Below are positions 1 through 9,600 of a DNA stretch of 64,000 nt, in pieces. Each line of letters begins with the position of its first letter. Positions within the stretch are counted from its first letter, which is position 1. The stretch is from Christensenella sp. UBA6880 (GTDB lineage: Bacteria; Bacillota; Clostridia; Christensenellales; CAG-917): positions 82,608 through 146,607 of the forward strand of contig DKCG01000026.1 in NCBI GenBank assembly GCA_002449145.1, read 5' to 3'. The notes under the pieces were generated by a model that saw nothing but the letters and a program-made list of their open reading frames with translations, searched no databases and was not told where the DNA came from. Both the position numbers and the translations under genes were made by a program.

Positions 1-1
1 C

Positions 2-478
2 TACGTCACCACCTCTTGGGAACACGGCAGATTTTCCGACCCGTATCTTCGCGACACCATTCAGGACTACGGCATCATCATCGACACTCTCGAATGTGCG
101 GTCAACTGGGACAATATGCCCAAAGTTCACGACGAGGTGAGAGCGGTTGTCAAAGCGTGGCCGAACGCAATCTGCACTTGCCATATCTCGCACAGTTATC
201 CGCAAGGCGCAAACCTTTACTTCATCTTCATCATCAAGACGACCGACCTCGACGCGTTTAAAAAGTATCATAGTTCCATTTTGGAAGCGATTATGAAGTC
301 GGGCGCGGCGCTTTCGCACCATCACGGCATCGGCAAACTCTTTGCGCCGTACCTCGAAGGCTCGATAGGCAGCGAACAACTCAAATTGTTCAAAGCACTC
401 AAAGCGTACTTCGACCCCAACAACACGCTCAATCCCGGCGGCACGCTTGCTCTCGACGAACACCCGAGCAATTTCTGA
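2..478 (+). CDS. FAD-linked oxidase family protein, C-terminal part (GlcD / alkyl-DHAP-synthase-like); 5' end outside window
   Basis: The frame is open from the window edge to TGA at 476-478. The translation ...YVTTSWEHGRFSDPYLRD...SHHHGIGKLFAPYLE...YFDPNNTLNPGG fits the FAD_oxidase_C domain pattern. Confidence 0.75.
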   Translation, partial: YVTTSWEHGRFSDPYLRDTIQDYGIIIDTLECAVNWDNMPKVHDEVRAVVKAWPNAICTCHISHSYPQGANLYFIFIIKTTDLDAFKKYHSSILEAIMKSGAALSHHHGIGKLFAPYLEGSIGSEQLKLFKALKAYFDPNNTLNPGGTLALDEHPSNF

Positions 479-502
479 TTCGACGCACAAAAAGCGTAAA
501 TG

Positions 503-585
503 CGCGTAACGAGTTAATTTGCATAACGAGCAAATCTGCACGAGTTAATTCGCGCAACGAATTAATCCGCATAACAACTAAGTGT
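503..585. repeat. degenerate ~15-18 bp tandem repeat (NNAACGAgTTAATNNGC units, about 5 copies)
   Basis: Read directly as cgcgtaacgagttaatttg / cataacgagcaaatctg / cacgagttaattcg / cgcaacgaattaatccg / cataacaactaagtg. Confidence 0.35.
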
Positions 586-654
586 CCGATTTGCCGATTG
601 CTTTTCGTCTATGCGACGAATCGGTAGGGCAGTGAATCGCAAAAATCAAAATTC

Positions 655-691
655 AAAACGACGCTTGCACAACTTTGCAAGCGTCGTTTTT
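655..691 (+). terminator. rho-independent terminator-like hairpin
   Basis: Stem ACGACGCTTGCA (658-669) pairs with TGCAAGCGTCGT (676-687) around a 6-nt loop, followed by a T-run. Confidence 0.55.
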
Positions 692-1048
692 ATAATCATT
701 AATTTTTATATGAACACTTATAATTATTTGCTTTTTGACAATTCAACCTATATGAACATATGCGAAACTGCGAATATGCACATGTTCAAATCAAACGTAT
801 GCACGATTGCCGATATGAAAATATGCGTGGGTTTTAACTCTATTTTTTCGGGGCGGTGAACATCTAAAAAATCGCTCTGCACGAGCGATTTTTCTTAAAT
901 ATACGACGCATTTTTCATCTAAAATATATTGATATTTCGCCTAAAACATAGTGTTTTTTCGCTTAAAAAGCAGTGTTTTTTCTAAAAATTATGGATTTTT
1001 TTACTATATTATAAGCGGTGCAAAAAAGACTTTTCGATGCGAAATCGA

Positions 1049-1321
1049 TTATACGGATTGTTCGGCAAGGGCTTTTTCGTATGCTTCGAGAACGGCTTCT
1101 TTGAAAAGTTCGCGAGTTTGAGTGTTGATTGGGTGGACGATGTCCTTGTAGTTGCCGTCCGGCGTTTTTCTCGACGGCATTGCGATAAACGCGCCGCCTT
1201 CGCCATCAACTATCTTTATGTCGTGGACGGCAAAACAATCGTCTATGACGAGTGACGCAACCGCTTTCAATTTGCCTGCTTCTTGGTCTATTAATCTGAT
1301 TCTGACGTCTGAAATTTTCAT
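1049..1321 (-). CDS. spoVG: septation/sporulation regulator SpoVG
   Basis: The product MKISDVRIRLIDQEAGKLKAVASLVIDDCFAVHDIKIVDGEGGAFIAMPSRK... matches the SpoVG pattern. The ATG at 1321 is preceded by GAGGTG. The track start at 1408 is an upstream in-frame extension. Confidence 0.9.
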   Translation of the reverse strand: MKISDVRIRLIDQEAGKLKAVASLVIDDCFAVHDIKIVDGEGGAFIAMPSRKTPDGNYKDIVHPINTQTRELFKEAVLEAYEKALAEQSV

Positions 1322-1511
1322 ATGCACACCTCGGTGATTTTGCTTATTGTAGCACGAAAGTAGAAAAATAACAATACAAAATCTCAAATTAGTATCAAAA
1401 CAGCACAAAAATCACACAAATGTATGAATATGATTGCAATAAATATTCTGTTCAGATGGCTTTTCTTTCAAAGACGTATGCGCAATCGGGTGCGGTTTCA
1501 TATAATGAAAT

Positions 1512-2876
1512 ATGGATTTTTCGGCGGTAAAAAGAGGATATTTCGTGGGTATAGGCGGCGTTGGGGTAAACGCGCTTGCCAAATTCGCGGCGGACTATGG
1601 AATCGACGTTTGCGGAAGCGACGCAAAAATCAACGATTTGTGCAAAGAACTTGTAAAAAACGGTGCGAAAATAAGCAAAAATCCCGACTTTTCGTTGCTT
1701 GAAAAGTCTGATTTTTTGGTGTTTTCGTCGGCGATTCCGAAGGATAATCAAGAACTCGTTTTTGCAAAAAAAGCGGGTATACCTATGTACGAGCGGCACG
1801 AATTTCTTGCGGAAGTTTCGCATTTGTTCGGCAAGGTCGTGGCGATTGCGGGCACGCACGGCAAAACCACGACTACGGCAATGCTCACTCAAATTCTTTT
1901 TGAAAACGGTGTGAAATTTGCCTCGATGATAGGCGGCGAAAGCATAGATTTTTCAAATTACGTCAATAATACGGGTGCAGAAAGAATTGCGGATTTGAAA
2001 GATTGCATATTCGTTTGCGAGGCTTGCGAGTACAAGCGCAATTTGCTTGCGCTTTCGCCCGACGTTGCGGCGGTGCTGAACGCCGAGTGCGATCATCCCG
2101 ATTGCTACGACAGCCTAAAAAGCGTGAAGGAAACTTTTGCGGCGTTTCTTGAAAAATCGAAAATCAAAATCGTAGAGCAAAGCAACCTCGATTTGATAGG
2201 CGCGAGCGTAGGAAAAAAGCGCAACGGATTTTGCGTGTGCGTGCAAAACGGCACTCAAAAAAGGATGCACGCGTTCCCGAGCGGCGCATTGGTTTGCGAC
2301 GGCAAAAAAATGTCAACGCTCAAATTGCAGGACGGCGGACGGTACAACTTCGAGAACGCAACGTTTGCGCTTGCCGTTTCTTCGGCGTGCGGTTTGGATT
2401 TTGAAAAAAGCGTGTGCGCCTTGCAAAAATACAAAGGCGTAAAACGCAGATTCGAGCGTGCACGCGACGTCGGAAAAACGAAAGTGTATTTTGATTTTGC
2501 GCATCATCCGAGCGAAATTCAATCGGTCTTATCTCGCGCCGCAAAACTCGGCAAACTGCTCGTGGTTTTTCAGCCGCATACATACTCGCGCACGAAAGCG
2601 TATCTCGACGATTTCGCAAGAGTGCTCGGCGAAAAAAACAACGGCGTGAAAACGCTTGCGATTATGCCGACGTACGCCGCGCGCGAAGTGCCTTCAAACG
2701 GCGTCGAAAGCGACGTTTTGGCAACGACGATTTTCGACAAATATCGCAAAAAAGGCGTTTATCTTGTCAAAGACAAGCTATCAACGCTCGATTTTGTCAA
2801 ATCGCACGCAAAATATCACGACGTGATTTTGATGATAGGCGCGGGCGACGTCTACGATTTGAAAGACCTTTTCTAA
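1512..2876 (+). CDS. murC: UDP-N-acetylmuramate--L-alanine ligase
   Basis: The N-terminus GIGGVGVNALA and the Mur-ligase P-loop GTHGKTTTTAM are present, and the 454-aa length is typical of MurC. Confidence 0.9.
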   Translation: MDFSAVKRGYFVGIGGVGVNALAKFAADYGIDVCGSDAKINDLCKELVKNGAKISKNPDFSLLEKSDFLVFSSAIPKDNQELVFAKKAGIPMYERHEFLAEVSHLFGKVVAIAGTHGKTTTTAMLTQILFENGVKFASMIGGESIDFSNYVNNTGAERIADLKDCIFVCEACEYKRNLLALSPDVAAVLNAECDHPDCYDSLKSVKETFAAFLEKSKIKIVEQSNLDLIGASVGKKRNGFCVCVQNGTQKRMHAFPSGALVCDGKKMSTLKLQDGGRYNFENATFALAVSSACGLDFEKSVCALQKYKGVKRRFERARDVGKTKVYFDFAHHPSEIQSVLSRAAKLGKLLVVFQPHTYSRTKAYLDDFARVLGEKNNGVKTLAIMPTYAAREVPSNGVESDVLATTIFDKYRKKGVYLVKDKLSTLDFVKSHAKYHDVILMIGAGDVYDLKDLF

Positions 2877-2903
2877 TTTGCATATATGCAAATATGCGCA
2901 TAT
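2876..2903. repeat. two overlapping perfect palindromes, ATTTGCATATATGCAAAT and ATATGCGCATAT
   Basis: Read directly. They start at the murC stop codon (TAA 2874-2876), and a related ATTTGCA half-site pair follows the rnfB stop. Confidence 0.5.
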
Positions 2904-2960
2904 GAGAATATAGAAATACAAGAACACCGATATGCAAAATCGATAAAACGAGAATAGCAA

Positions 2961-2986
2961 AAAAGCGAGTTTGCCTCGCTCTTTTA
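2961..2986. terminator. bidirectional terminator between convergent murC and the DUF4363 gene
   Basis: Stem AGCGAG (2965-2970) pairs with CTCGCT (2975-2980) around loop TTGC, with an A-run upstream and a T-run downstream. Confidence 0.6.
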
Positions 2987-3004
2987 TATTCTCTGCACCT
3001 ATAA

Positions 3005-3382
3005 TCAGATTATGTCTTCCGCATTGAAATCGAGCAGACGTTTGATGTTGTCCGCCATTACGATAAGCGAGCGACACTTTGAAAGCGCGTTCTGATAGTC
3101 CTCACATTCGAGAGACCCTTGCGTTTCGGCAAGCGCAACCGAGAAGGAACGGACGTCGGGCGAGTAGGCAAAAAGTTCCATATACGTACGCTTCTTTTCC
3201 CACCATTCGAAAATATCGTTCGCTTTGTCGAGGCAATCCTCGCTTTGATTTATTATCGAGTTTTCAAGAGACGTGAGTTTTTCGTTCAAAGCGGAAAACG
3301 TCTTGTGAATGTAGAAATCTTCGAGTATGCCGCCCGTCACGATGATTATCAGAATCACGATTGCAAGCACGACTTTTTTCAT
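3005..3382 (-). CDS. DUF4363-like small membrane-anchored protein
   Basis: N-terminal TM MKKVVLAIVILIIIVTGG is followed by a helical domain. Its stop/start overlaps the upstream DUF421 gene by 4 nt, which is the usual DUF421-DUF4363 pairing in Firmicutes. Confidence 0.65.
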   Translation of the reverse strand: MKKVVLAIVILIIIVTGGILEDFYIHKTFSALNEKLTSLENSIINQSEDCLDKANDIFEWWEKKRTYMELFAYSPDVRSFSVALAETQGSLECEDYQNALSKCRSLIVMADNIKRLLDFNAEDII

Positions 3383-4161
3383 TGTTTCTCACCCCCGCGA
3401 TAGGATAAAAACGCATTTTTAACCTCTTGCGAACGGGCTTGTTCGTCGTCTTGCGCGTCGCTTTGTTGCGGCAAAGTCGAGGTGATATAGTCGCCTTTGT
3501 AGGGTTGAATGAACACATCTTGCCCCGCGACGAGAAGCACGAGCACGTCTTGTTGTTTGAGTTTTATGTCGTCGAGATATTTGAGCACGTCCTCTTTCAC
3601 GTCGCCGTCGAGCGTCGCAAGGTTTTCGGCAACGAACTCGCCTTCCATAATAACGGTTACGGGAATTTCGGCTTCGGGCGGTTTTATATCGACGTCGGAC
3701 GGCGCAAGCGGTCTGTTTTGCGACTTTTGAAGCACGCTCATATTGCCGTTGGTTTCCAAAATCGCATACTCGACTTCGGACGGATTGAAGCAACCCGAGC
3801 CGCGCAACGCTTCCATAACGTCGTCGATGTTGAGGTTGAGTTCTTCCATAACGTCGGGCAAAATGTTGCCTTTTTGTATGATAATGATGGGTTTGCCGTT
3901 GAGAAATTTGCGGAATTTTTTGCTTTTGGTTGCGAGTTTTGTGATGATGATATGCACCAAAAACAGCGAAAATACGGGGATAATTCCGTACAAAATCGGG
4001 ATTGACGAATCCGCCATAGGTATGCAAACAAGGTCGCTCGCAACGAGAGTTATCGCAAGTTCAAAGGGTTGCAATTCGCCGAGTTGGCGTTTGCCCATCA
4101 AACGCATTGCCACAAGCAATACGAAGTATAAAATTAAACACCTTATAAACAAATTGAGCAT
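3379..4161 (-). CDS. DUF421 (YetF-like) membrane protein
   Basis: MLNLFIRCLILYFVLLVAMRLMGKRQLGELQPFELAITLVASDL... is the characteristic DUF421 N-terminus. Confidence 0.8.
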   Translation of the reverse strand: MLNLFIRCLILYFVLLVAMRLMGKRQLGELQPFELAITLVASDLVCIPMADSSIPILYGIIPVFSLFLVHIIITKLATKSKKFRKFLNGKPIIIIQKGNILPDVMEELNLNIDDVMEALRGSGCFNPSEVEYAILETNGNMSVLQKSQNRPLAPSDVDIKPPEAEIPVTVIMEGEFVAENLATLDGDVKEDVLKYLDDIKLKQQDVLVLLVAGQDVFIQPYKGDYITSTLPQQSDAQDDEQARSQEVKNAFLSYRGGEKQ

Positions 4162-4238
4162 ATGCGTAGTTTGCTTATAAGGCGTTTTTTTATGCGATTA
4201 TCGGATTTTTTTGCGGAATCTCGCCGCATTAGCCTCGT

Positions 4239-5900
4239 CTATACTCGTACTTTGGCGGTTTCGTTGTCGCAACGTTTTGAACGAAAGGCAATTCGATTTT
4301 TCGTATGCTTTTCGTGCCGATTTTGCACCGTTTTTGTGCCGTTTTCCTTCGTCTTTTTGCGCATTTTTACGTGTTTTTTATGGCGTTTACTCGTCGATTT
4401 AATTGCGGTTTTGCTCGCCTTTTTAGGCGCAAGCATTTTTATGCAAGCGGTCACGTCAACCACGTTGAACGCGGATATGATGAGGAAGAAAAAGAAAAGT
4501 ATGTACACGCCCACGACGACGATTGCCGTGATATAGTCGGCGTATCTGCAAAGTAGTTTTGCGCCGAAAAGACCCGTTACGGCAAGCGGAATCGACAGCA
4601 AAACGAGGGGAAGATTTTTCTTGTGATTCGCGAACGAGCCGACTTCTTTTTTGAGGACTATGAGATTGATGATTGCTATGAGCAAAAAGCACAATCCCGT
4701 CGATAGTGCCATTGCGTAAATGCCGATGTATTTGGGCATAAAGAGAATACAAGGTATCATAGCGATTGCGCCTACGACCGTGCCGAGCAGCGTTACGCGC
4801 TCTTTTCCGAGCGAATTGAGCATAGGCGTGGTGGATTGAGCGGTGGCGATTGGAAATAGCATAAGCGAGCAGTAGGACACGAATTTGCCCGCCTCGCTGT
4901 CTTTGAACAGCAGTTGTCCGAGGCTTTGACCGAGCGGCAGATATATTGCGAAAAACAGACTTGCGATTATGACGGAAAACAGCAGAGAAGTGGACATCTT
5001 CGAGCGCACTGCGTCCATATTGCCCTTTGCGCGCAACTCTGCAACGTCGGGAACGAGCACGACGGACAGTGCGCCTATAAACGTCACGGGCGCCATAATA
5101 AGTGGCAACGCCATACCTGCGACTCTGCCGTATTGCGCCGTGGCTTCCGCAAGCGTAAGCCCTGCTTTTACGAGCATTTTGGGAAGAATGAGGGCGGTGA
5201 GCGACGCGCCGAGGGAAGTGATTATACGCGTTGCCGAAAGGGGAATGGTTTTCAACGTCAATTCCTTAAAACCGCTCGGTTTCGTCAGTCTTCCGCCCGT
5301 TGCGAAGAACAGCACGAGAAGTATAAGCACGCACGCAAGGTCGGAAATCGTCATTGCAAGAGCGATGTTTTGCGCGCCGTTAAGACGAGAAATCAAACCG
5401 CCGGTAAACGCAACGGAAAGCGCGATTTTTACAATCTCGTCGACAAGTTCGGTTGACGAAAACGCCAAAAACTTTTTTCTGCCCCAAAACCAACTGCGCA
5501 GCGACGCATAAAGCGTTGAGGTGAGGATTGTGGGCAACATAATGAAGAATATGGGCAAGCAATCGGGATTTGAAAACAGCGGTGAGATTTTCGTTCCCAA
5601 GCCGTAAAAGAGGGCGCAAATCGCCGCAGATATGCCGAGTCCAATAATCACGGAAGCGGTAAGAAGCGAGTTTTGCTTTTTGAGATTGCCGCTCGATTCC
5701 GCAATTTTTCTCGAAAGAACGGTGGGCGCGCCTGCGGTGATTGTAAAGAGCATAAGCAGAACGCTCAACGCAATTTGGTAGAGTCCGACGACTTCCGCAC
5801 CGAGCGCGCGGGACATCCACATTTTGAAGATAAACGAAACGAGCCTTGTCACGATTGAAAACCCCGTGACTATGCCGAAAGATTTTGCGGTGTTATTCAT
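4239..5900 (-). CDS. MOP-superfamily polysaccharide/lipid-II flippase (SpoVB/MurJ-like) with a long basic C-terminal tail
   Basis: Polytopic 553-aa protein. The N-terminus FGIVTGFSIVTRLVSFIFKMWMSRALGAEVVGLYQIA is typical of SpoVB/MurJ-type flippases. The last ~75 aa are Lys/Arg/His-rich. Confidence 0.75.
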   Translation of the reverse strand: MNNTAKSFGIVTGFSIVTRLVSFIFKMWMSRALGAEVVGLYQIALSVLLMLFTITAGAPTVLSRKIAESSGNLKKQNSLLTASVIIGLGISAAICALFYGLGTKISPLFSNPDCLPIFFIMLPTILTSTLYASLRSWFWGRKKFLAFSSTELVDEIVKIALSVAFTGGLISRLNGAQNIALAMTISDLACVLILLVLFFATGGRLTKPSGFKELTLKTIPLSATRIITSLGASLTALILPKMLVKAGLTLAEATAQYGRVAGMALPLIMAPVTFIGALSVVLVPDVAELRAKGNMDAVRSKMSTSLLFSVIIASLFFAIYLPLGQSLGQLLFKDSEAGKFVSYCSLMLFPIATAQSTTPMLNSLGKERVTLLGTVVGAIAMIPCILFMPKYIGIYAMALSTGLCFLLIAIINLIVLKKEVGSFANHKKNLPLVLLSIPLAVTGLFGAKLLCRYADYITAIVVVGVYILFFFFLIISAFNVVDVTACIKMLAPKKASKTAIKSTSKRHKKHVKMRKKTKENGTKTVQNRHEKHTKNRIAFRSKRCDNETAKVRV

Positions 5901-5924
5901 ATTTAAGAATATGAAAGGGAATAG

Positions 5925-5978
5925 TAATTAATAATTAATAATGAATAATTAATAATTGCGGGCGGGACACCCGCACCC
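5925..5978 (+). repeat. repeat module A, copy 1 (AT-rich all-frame-stop tract plus GC hairpin)
   Basis: The sequence AATTAATAATTAATAATGAATAATTAATAATTGCGGGCGGGACACCCGCACCC recurs at 34943-34997 and in shorter form at 53953-53983. Confidence 0.8.
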
Positions 5979-6002
5979 GAAACGAACACTCATTCGAAGC
6001 CT

Positions 6003-6530
6003 ACTTATACACGGAATGTGCAAATTCGCAGACGGAACACGAGCCGCAAGGCGGCGAGCCTATGAGCGCCGAACTTTCGTCACGCACAAGCCCTTTTGCT
6101 TCAACCGCAACAAGTTGTAGTTGTTCGCCTTTGTGCTTTGCGTTCCTCGTCCCACACGCCAAAAACTACGCTTTCATCATATTACTCAAACATAAGTTCG
6201 CTTGTTTTTGACGTGCGGGAACCCTTGTGCGTGTAGTACAAGCGACTGCGCCGTCTGTTGGCCACTGCCTGGCGCACAAAGCGCAGTGGCATAATGAGTG
6301 AAATGTCCCTATCTATGTGAGTGCCGTAAGGAACACAGTGACGGAATAGCGATTGTTACGAAGTCAATCGCGTCCTGCCCCCTCTTGCGAACGATGTAAA
6401 GTTTTGCAGAGAACTGGCGCAAGTTTGAGCAATAGGGGAAAGCCCGAAGGGAAGGGGTGACGTGTAATTTTAGAGTTCACGCCGTCAAACTTTTGTAGAG
6501 GAAGAACATTCCCCGTGAGGAAGGGGGAAG
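6003..6530 (+). repeat. repeat module T1, expanded copy (two nested insertions plus a tail ending in GTGAGGAAGGGGGAAG)
   Basis: Near-identical to 48915-49165 over the shared blocks, and interrupted at about 6078-6234 and 6326-6377. The tail at 6465-6530 ends with the T2-type purine terminus. Confidence 0.85.
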
Positions 6531-6619
6531 CTTTAATTTTATTTTTTTGCACTCGGCGCAAAGCAACAAAAAAACGCTCGCAAGTTTTGCTTGCGAGCGT
6601 TTCGATTTGTTTAATCAAA

Positions 6620-9600
6620 TCATTCCTTGTTCTCGTCGTATTTGTCGTGTTTTGCGTCGAGAGAAGGCGTTTCGATCGGGGATGCCGCTTTCTTTTCTTT
6701 CTTCTTTGCAATCGGCTTTCTAACTTTGCGTACGACGTAGACGATTACGACCACGATGATGAGCACTGCAAGGACGATTGTCGGAACCATCCACCAAAGC
6801 GCTTCGGTGTTGAAGGTGCTGTCAGGCGTTTCGTTGCCGCCGTTGTCGTCGTCGTCATCGCCCGTTCCTGCCGTTTCGTTGGAAACTTGGCGAGTGAGAA
6901 GGGTGCTGTCCGTTGCGGAATCGGTGACCGCTTTGTCGTATGCCGCTTCGTTGACTTCCTTGATGGTCACGTCGTCGAACATTGCGTAGCCGCTGGTGAT
7001 ACCCGTAACGGTGGTTTCGCCGTCAACGGTTTCGGATTCGAACTTGCCGAGCGAGAGTTTGACGGTGACGCTCGTCACGTCGTCGTCCATAGTCTTGACG
7101 ACAAAGGTGTATTTCGTCCAGTCTTGCGTGTCTGCCGCTTTGATTGCGGTGAAGGCGAAGGGCTTGTCGGATTCGTTTGCAGAGCCGAGATAGAGTTCGA
7201 CGTTTGCGCCGCTGATGTCGTCGTCGTTGGACATACCGTAGGTCTTGACCCAAACGCTGACTTCATAGAAGGAAGCCTCTTTGAGAGTGAACGTGGAACT
7301 CGTGTAAGTGTACGCGCTCTTTTCGGTGTTGTTGATGACGAGCATTTGCTTGCCGCTCTTTGCTTCGAGAACGCTGACGGGAATCCAGTTTGCTTTCTTC
7401 AAAGCAACGACCTTTTCTTCTTTGAGGGTTGCGATGATTTCTTCATCGGTCTTGCCTTCGAATCTTGCTTCTTTCTTTGCGTTTGCGATTTCTTCGTCGG
7501 TGGGTGTTGCTTCGTCGCTGTCGACGGTGTAGTCTGCGCCGAGAATACGTGCATAGTCAACGCCGTCAACGGTTTCTACTTCGTAGAAGTTGGGATCGGC
7601 ATAAACGATACCGCTCTTGGTTGCTTTTGAACTTGTCGTTCCGCTCACGCTGCCTGTCCAACCGTTGGGAGTTGCGAGTTCTTTTCTCGACTCGACTGCC
7701 GAAGAAAGAGAATCGAAACTGTCGGTGAGGAAGGAAAGTTTGTGGATGGTTTCGTTTGCGATTTCGGAAGTTTCCGCTTTGTCGTAGGTGTCTTCGTCGA
7801 TTGTGTTGTAGGTCACGTTGTCGAAGAATACGGTGCCGTTGGATTTTGCGTTTTCCGCTTGAAGTTCGCTCGTTTCGCCCTCAACCGTTCCGTAAGTGGT
7901 GTCTTGACCGAGCCAGAGATTGAGTTTTACGGAAACGCTGGATTGACCGGTGCGGATATAGAAGGTGTATTTTGCCCATTCGGATTCGGAAGCGGTCTTC
8001 GTTTCGACGAATGCGCTTGCGCCCGACTCGTTGGTAGAGTCAACGGAAGACTCGCCCGTGAGGTAGATAGAGAACGTTGTCTTGCCGACCGTTCTTGCAT
8101 AGACGGAAAGTGCATAGTAGCCGTTTGCCGAAAGCGTAACGCTGTTTGAAGAGAAGCCTGCCGCATAACCCGTCGTGCCGTCGTTTGAACCGATTGCGAG
8201 AAGTTGAGCCTTCTTGCCGGGGAAACTTTCAAGGTCGGTGTTTACGTCATAGAAGTTGCCGTAGAAGGAATCGAACACGGACGGCGCGATGTTGGGGAAT
8301 ACTGCCGTCGTTTGATCACTGTGAGAGAAGGACTTGTTGTCCGTCGTGTTCAAAGCGAGGATACCTGCAACGAGGTTGGATTCCGTCGTGTTGGGCTTCA
8401 AGGTCTTGTCGCTGAACGTCCAGTCGGAAGGCGTTGCGGCAACGTTTTGTTCGTTGAGGCTCTTGCCTTCTTCGAGGTTTTCGTCCTTAGTGTCGTAGTC
8501 GTCGAAAGCACCGTTGGTGAAGGTGTAACTCGAAGAAGCGGAAGCAAGGTCGACGTTCTTGACGTATGTGCCCGTGCTCGTGTTGTCGTATACGGTTTGA
8601 GAAATGCTTGCGCCGTTTATGTTTGCAACGAACATAGAGCCGCTCGTAAGAGTGCTCGACGCCCAGCGGTCGCCGCTGCCGAGAGCAAACTTCAAGGATA
8701 CGGTTACGTCTTCTTTCTCGCTGCCTTTGACGAGCATAGTGAGTTCGCACCAGTCGTTGAGGTAGGGATCGAAGCCGTCTTCGTCGGAATTGGTGTTGAT
8801 TTGAGAGAACGTCGTAAGAGCGGAATCGTCCTTTACGGTGTCGCCTTTCTTGACGAGATAGACGTATGCGCCGCTCGTTTCTTTGACGTCAACGGTCTTG
8901 ACCCAAACCGAGATACGATAAAATTTGTTCTTTTCGATCGTGAATGATTGAGTTTCGATTTCGTAACGGCTGTCGCCGGTTATTTTGATTTGGTATGCGT
9001 GTTTGTCAACCGTGTCGTAGGGAAGTTCGTCCTTGGAAAGTTCCACGACGCCTTCGCTCACGAGACCCTTTGCCAAAGGTGCGTCGGAATCGGTGAGGTC
9101 GTAGTTGGAAACCCAACCTTTAGGAATACCGTTGGTGTCCGCAATCACGTCGATGCCATCTTGCGAGGGCTTGCCGGTCGTGTTTGCGAGCATTCCGTCA
9201 AACGGCGCCATATTGGTGGTGGTGAGGTCGACTTTGAGACCTTCGTACGCGCTCATACCCGCTTCCGTCAAGTCGAGAGTTTGCTTGTCGTTCGCATCTT
9301 TGACGAGGGTAGAGGGAATGTCGCTTTCGGCAATCTCTTTGAGGTTGAGTTCGTCCATAAAGAGCCAGCCGTTAGAGAATGTGCCGTTTGCCTTGTACGT
9401 GGTTTGGGTTTTATCGGAGTTCCAGTTGGTGTATTCGACCGCCGTGTTGCTCGAAGTGCCTTCGGTGCCGAGCCATACGGTCATATTGTAACTGTAGTCT
9501 TTGAATTGGTTGCCTTGAATGTAGAAGGTGTAGGTCTTCCAGCCGTCGGTGGTGACGCCTTGGTCCGTGCCTGCCGCATAACTGTTGGAGTCGATCTTGG

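Noticed and set aside
503-585. Possible CRISPR array or other regular repeat array (also considered for the 24220-25059 repeats).
   Set aside because: The units at 503-585 are degenerate, only 15-18 bp long and directly abutting, with no unique spacers. The 210-bp repeats are in-frame coding repeats. No cas genes are present.
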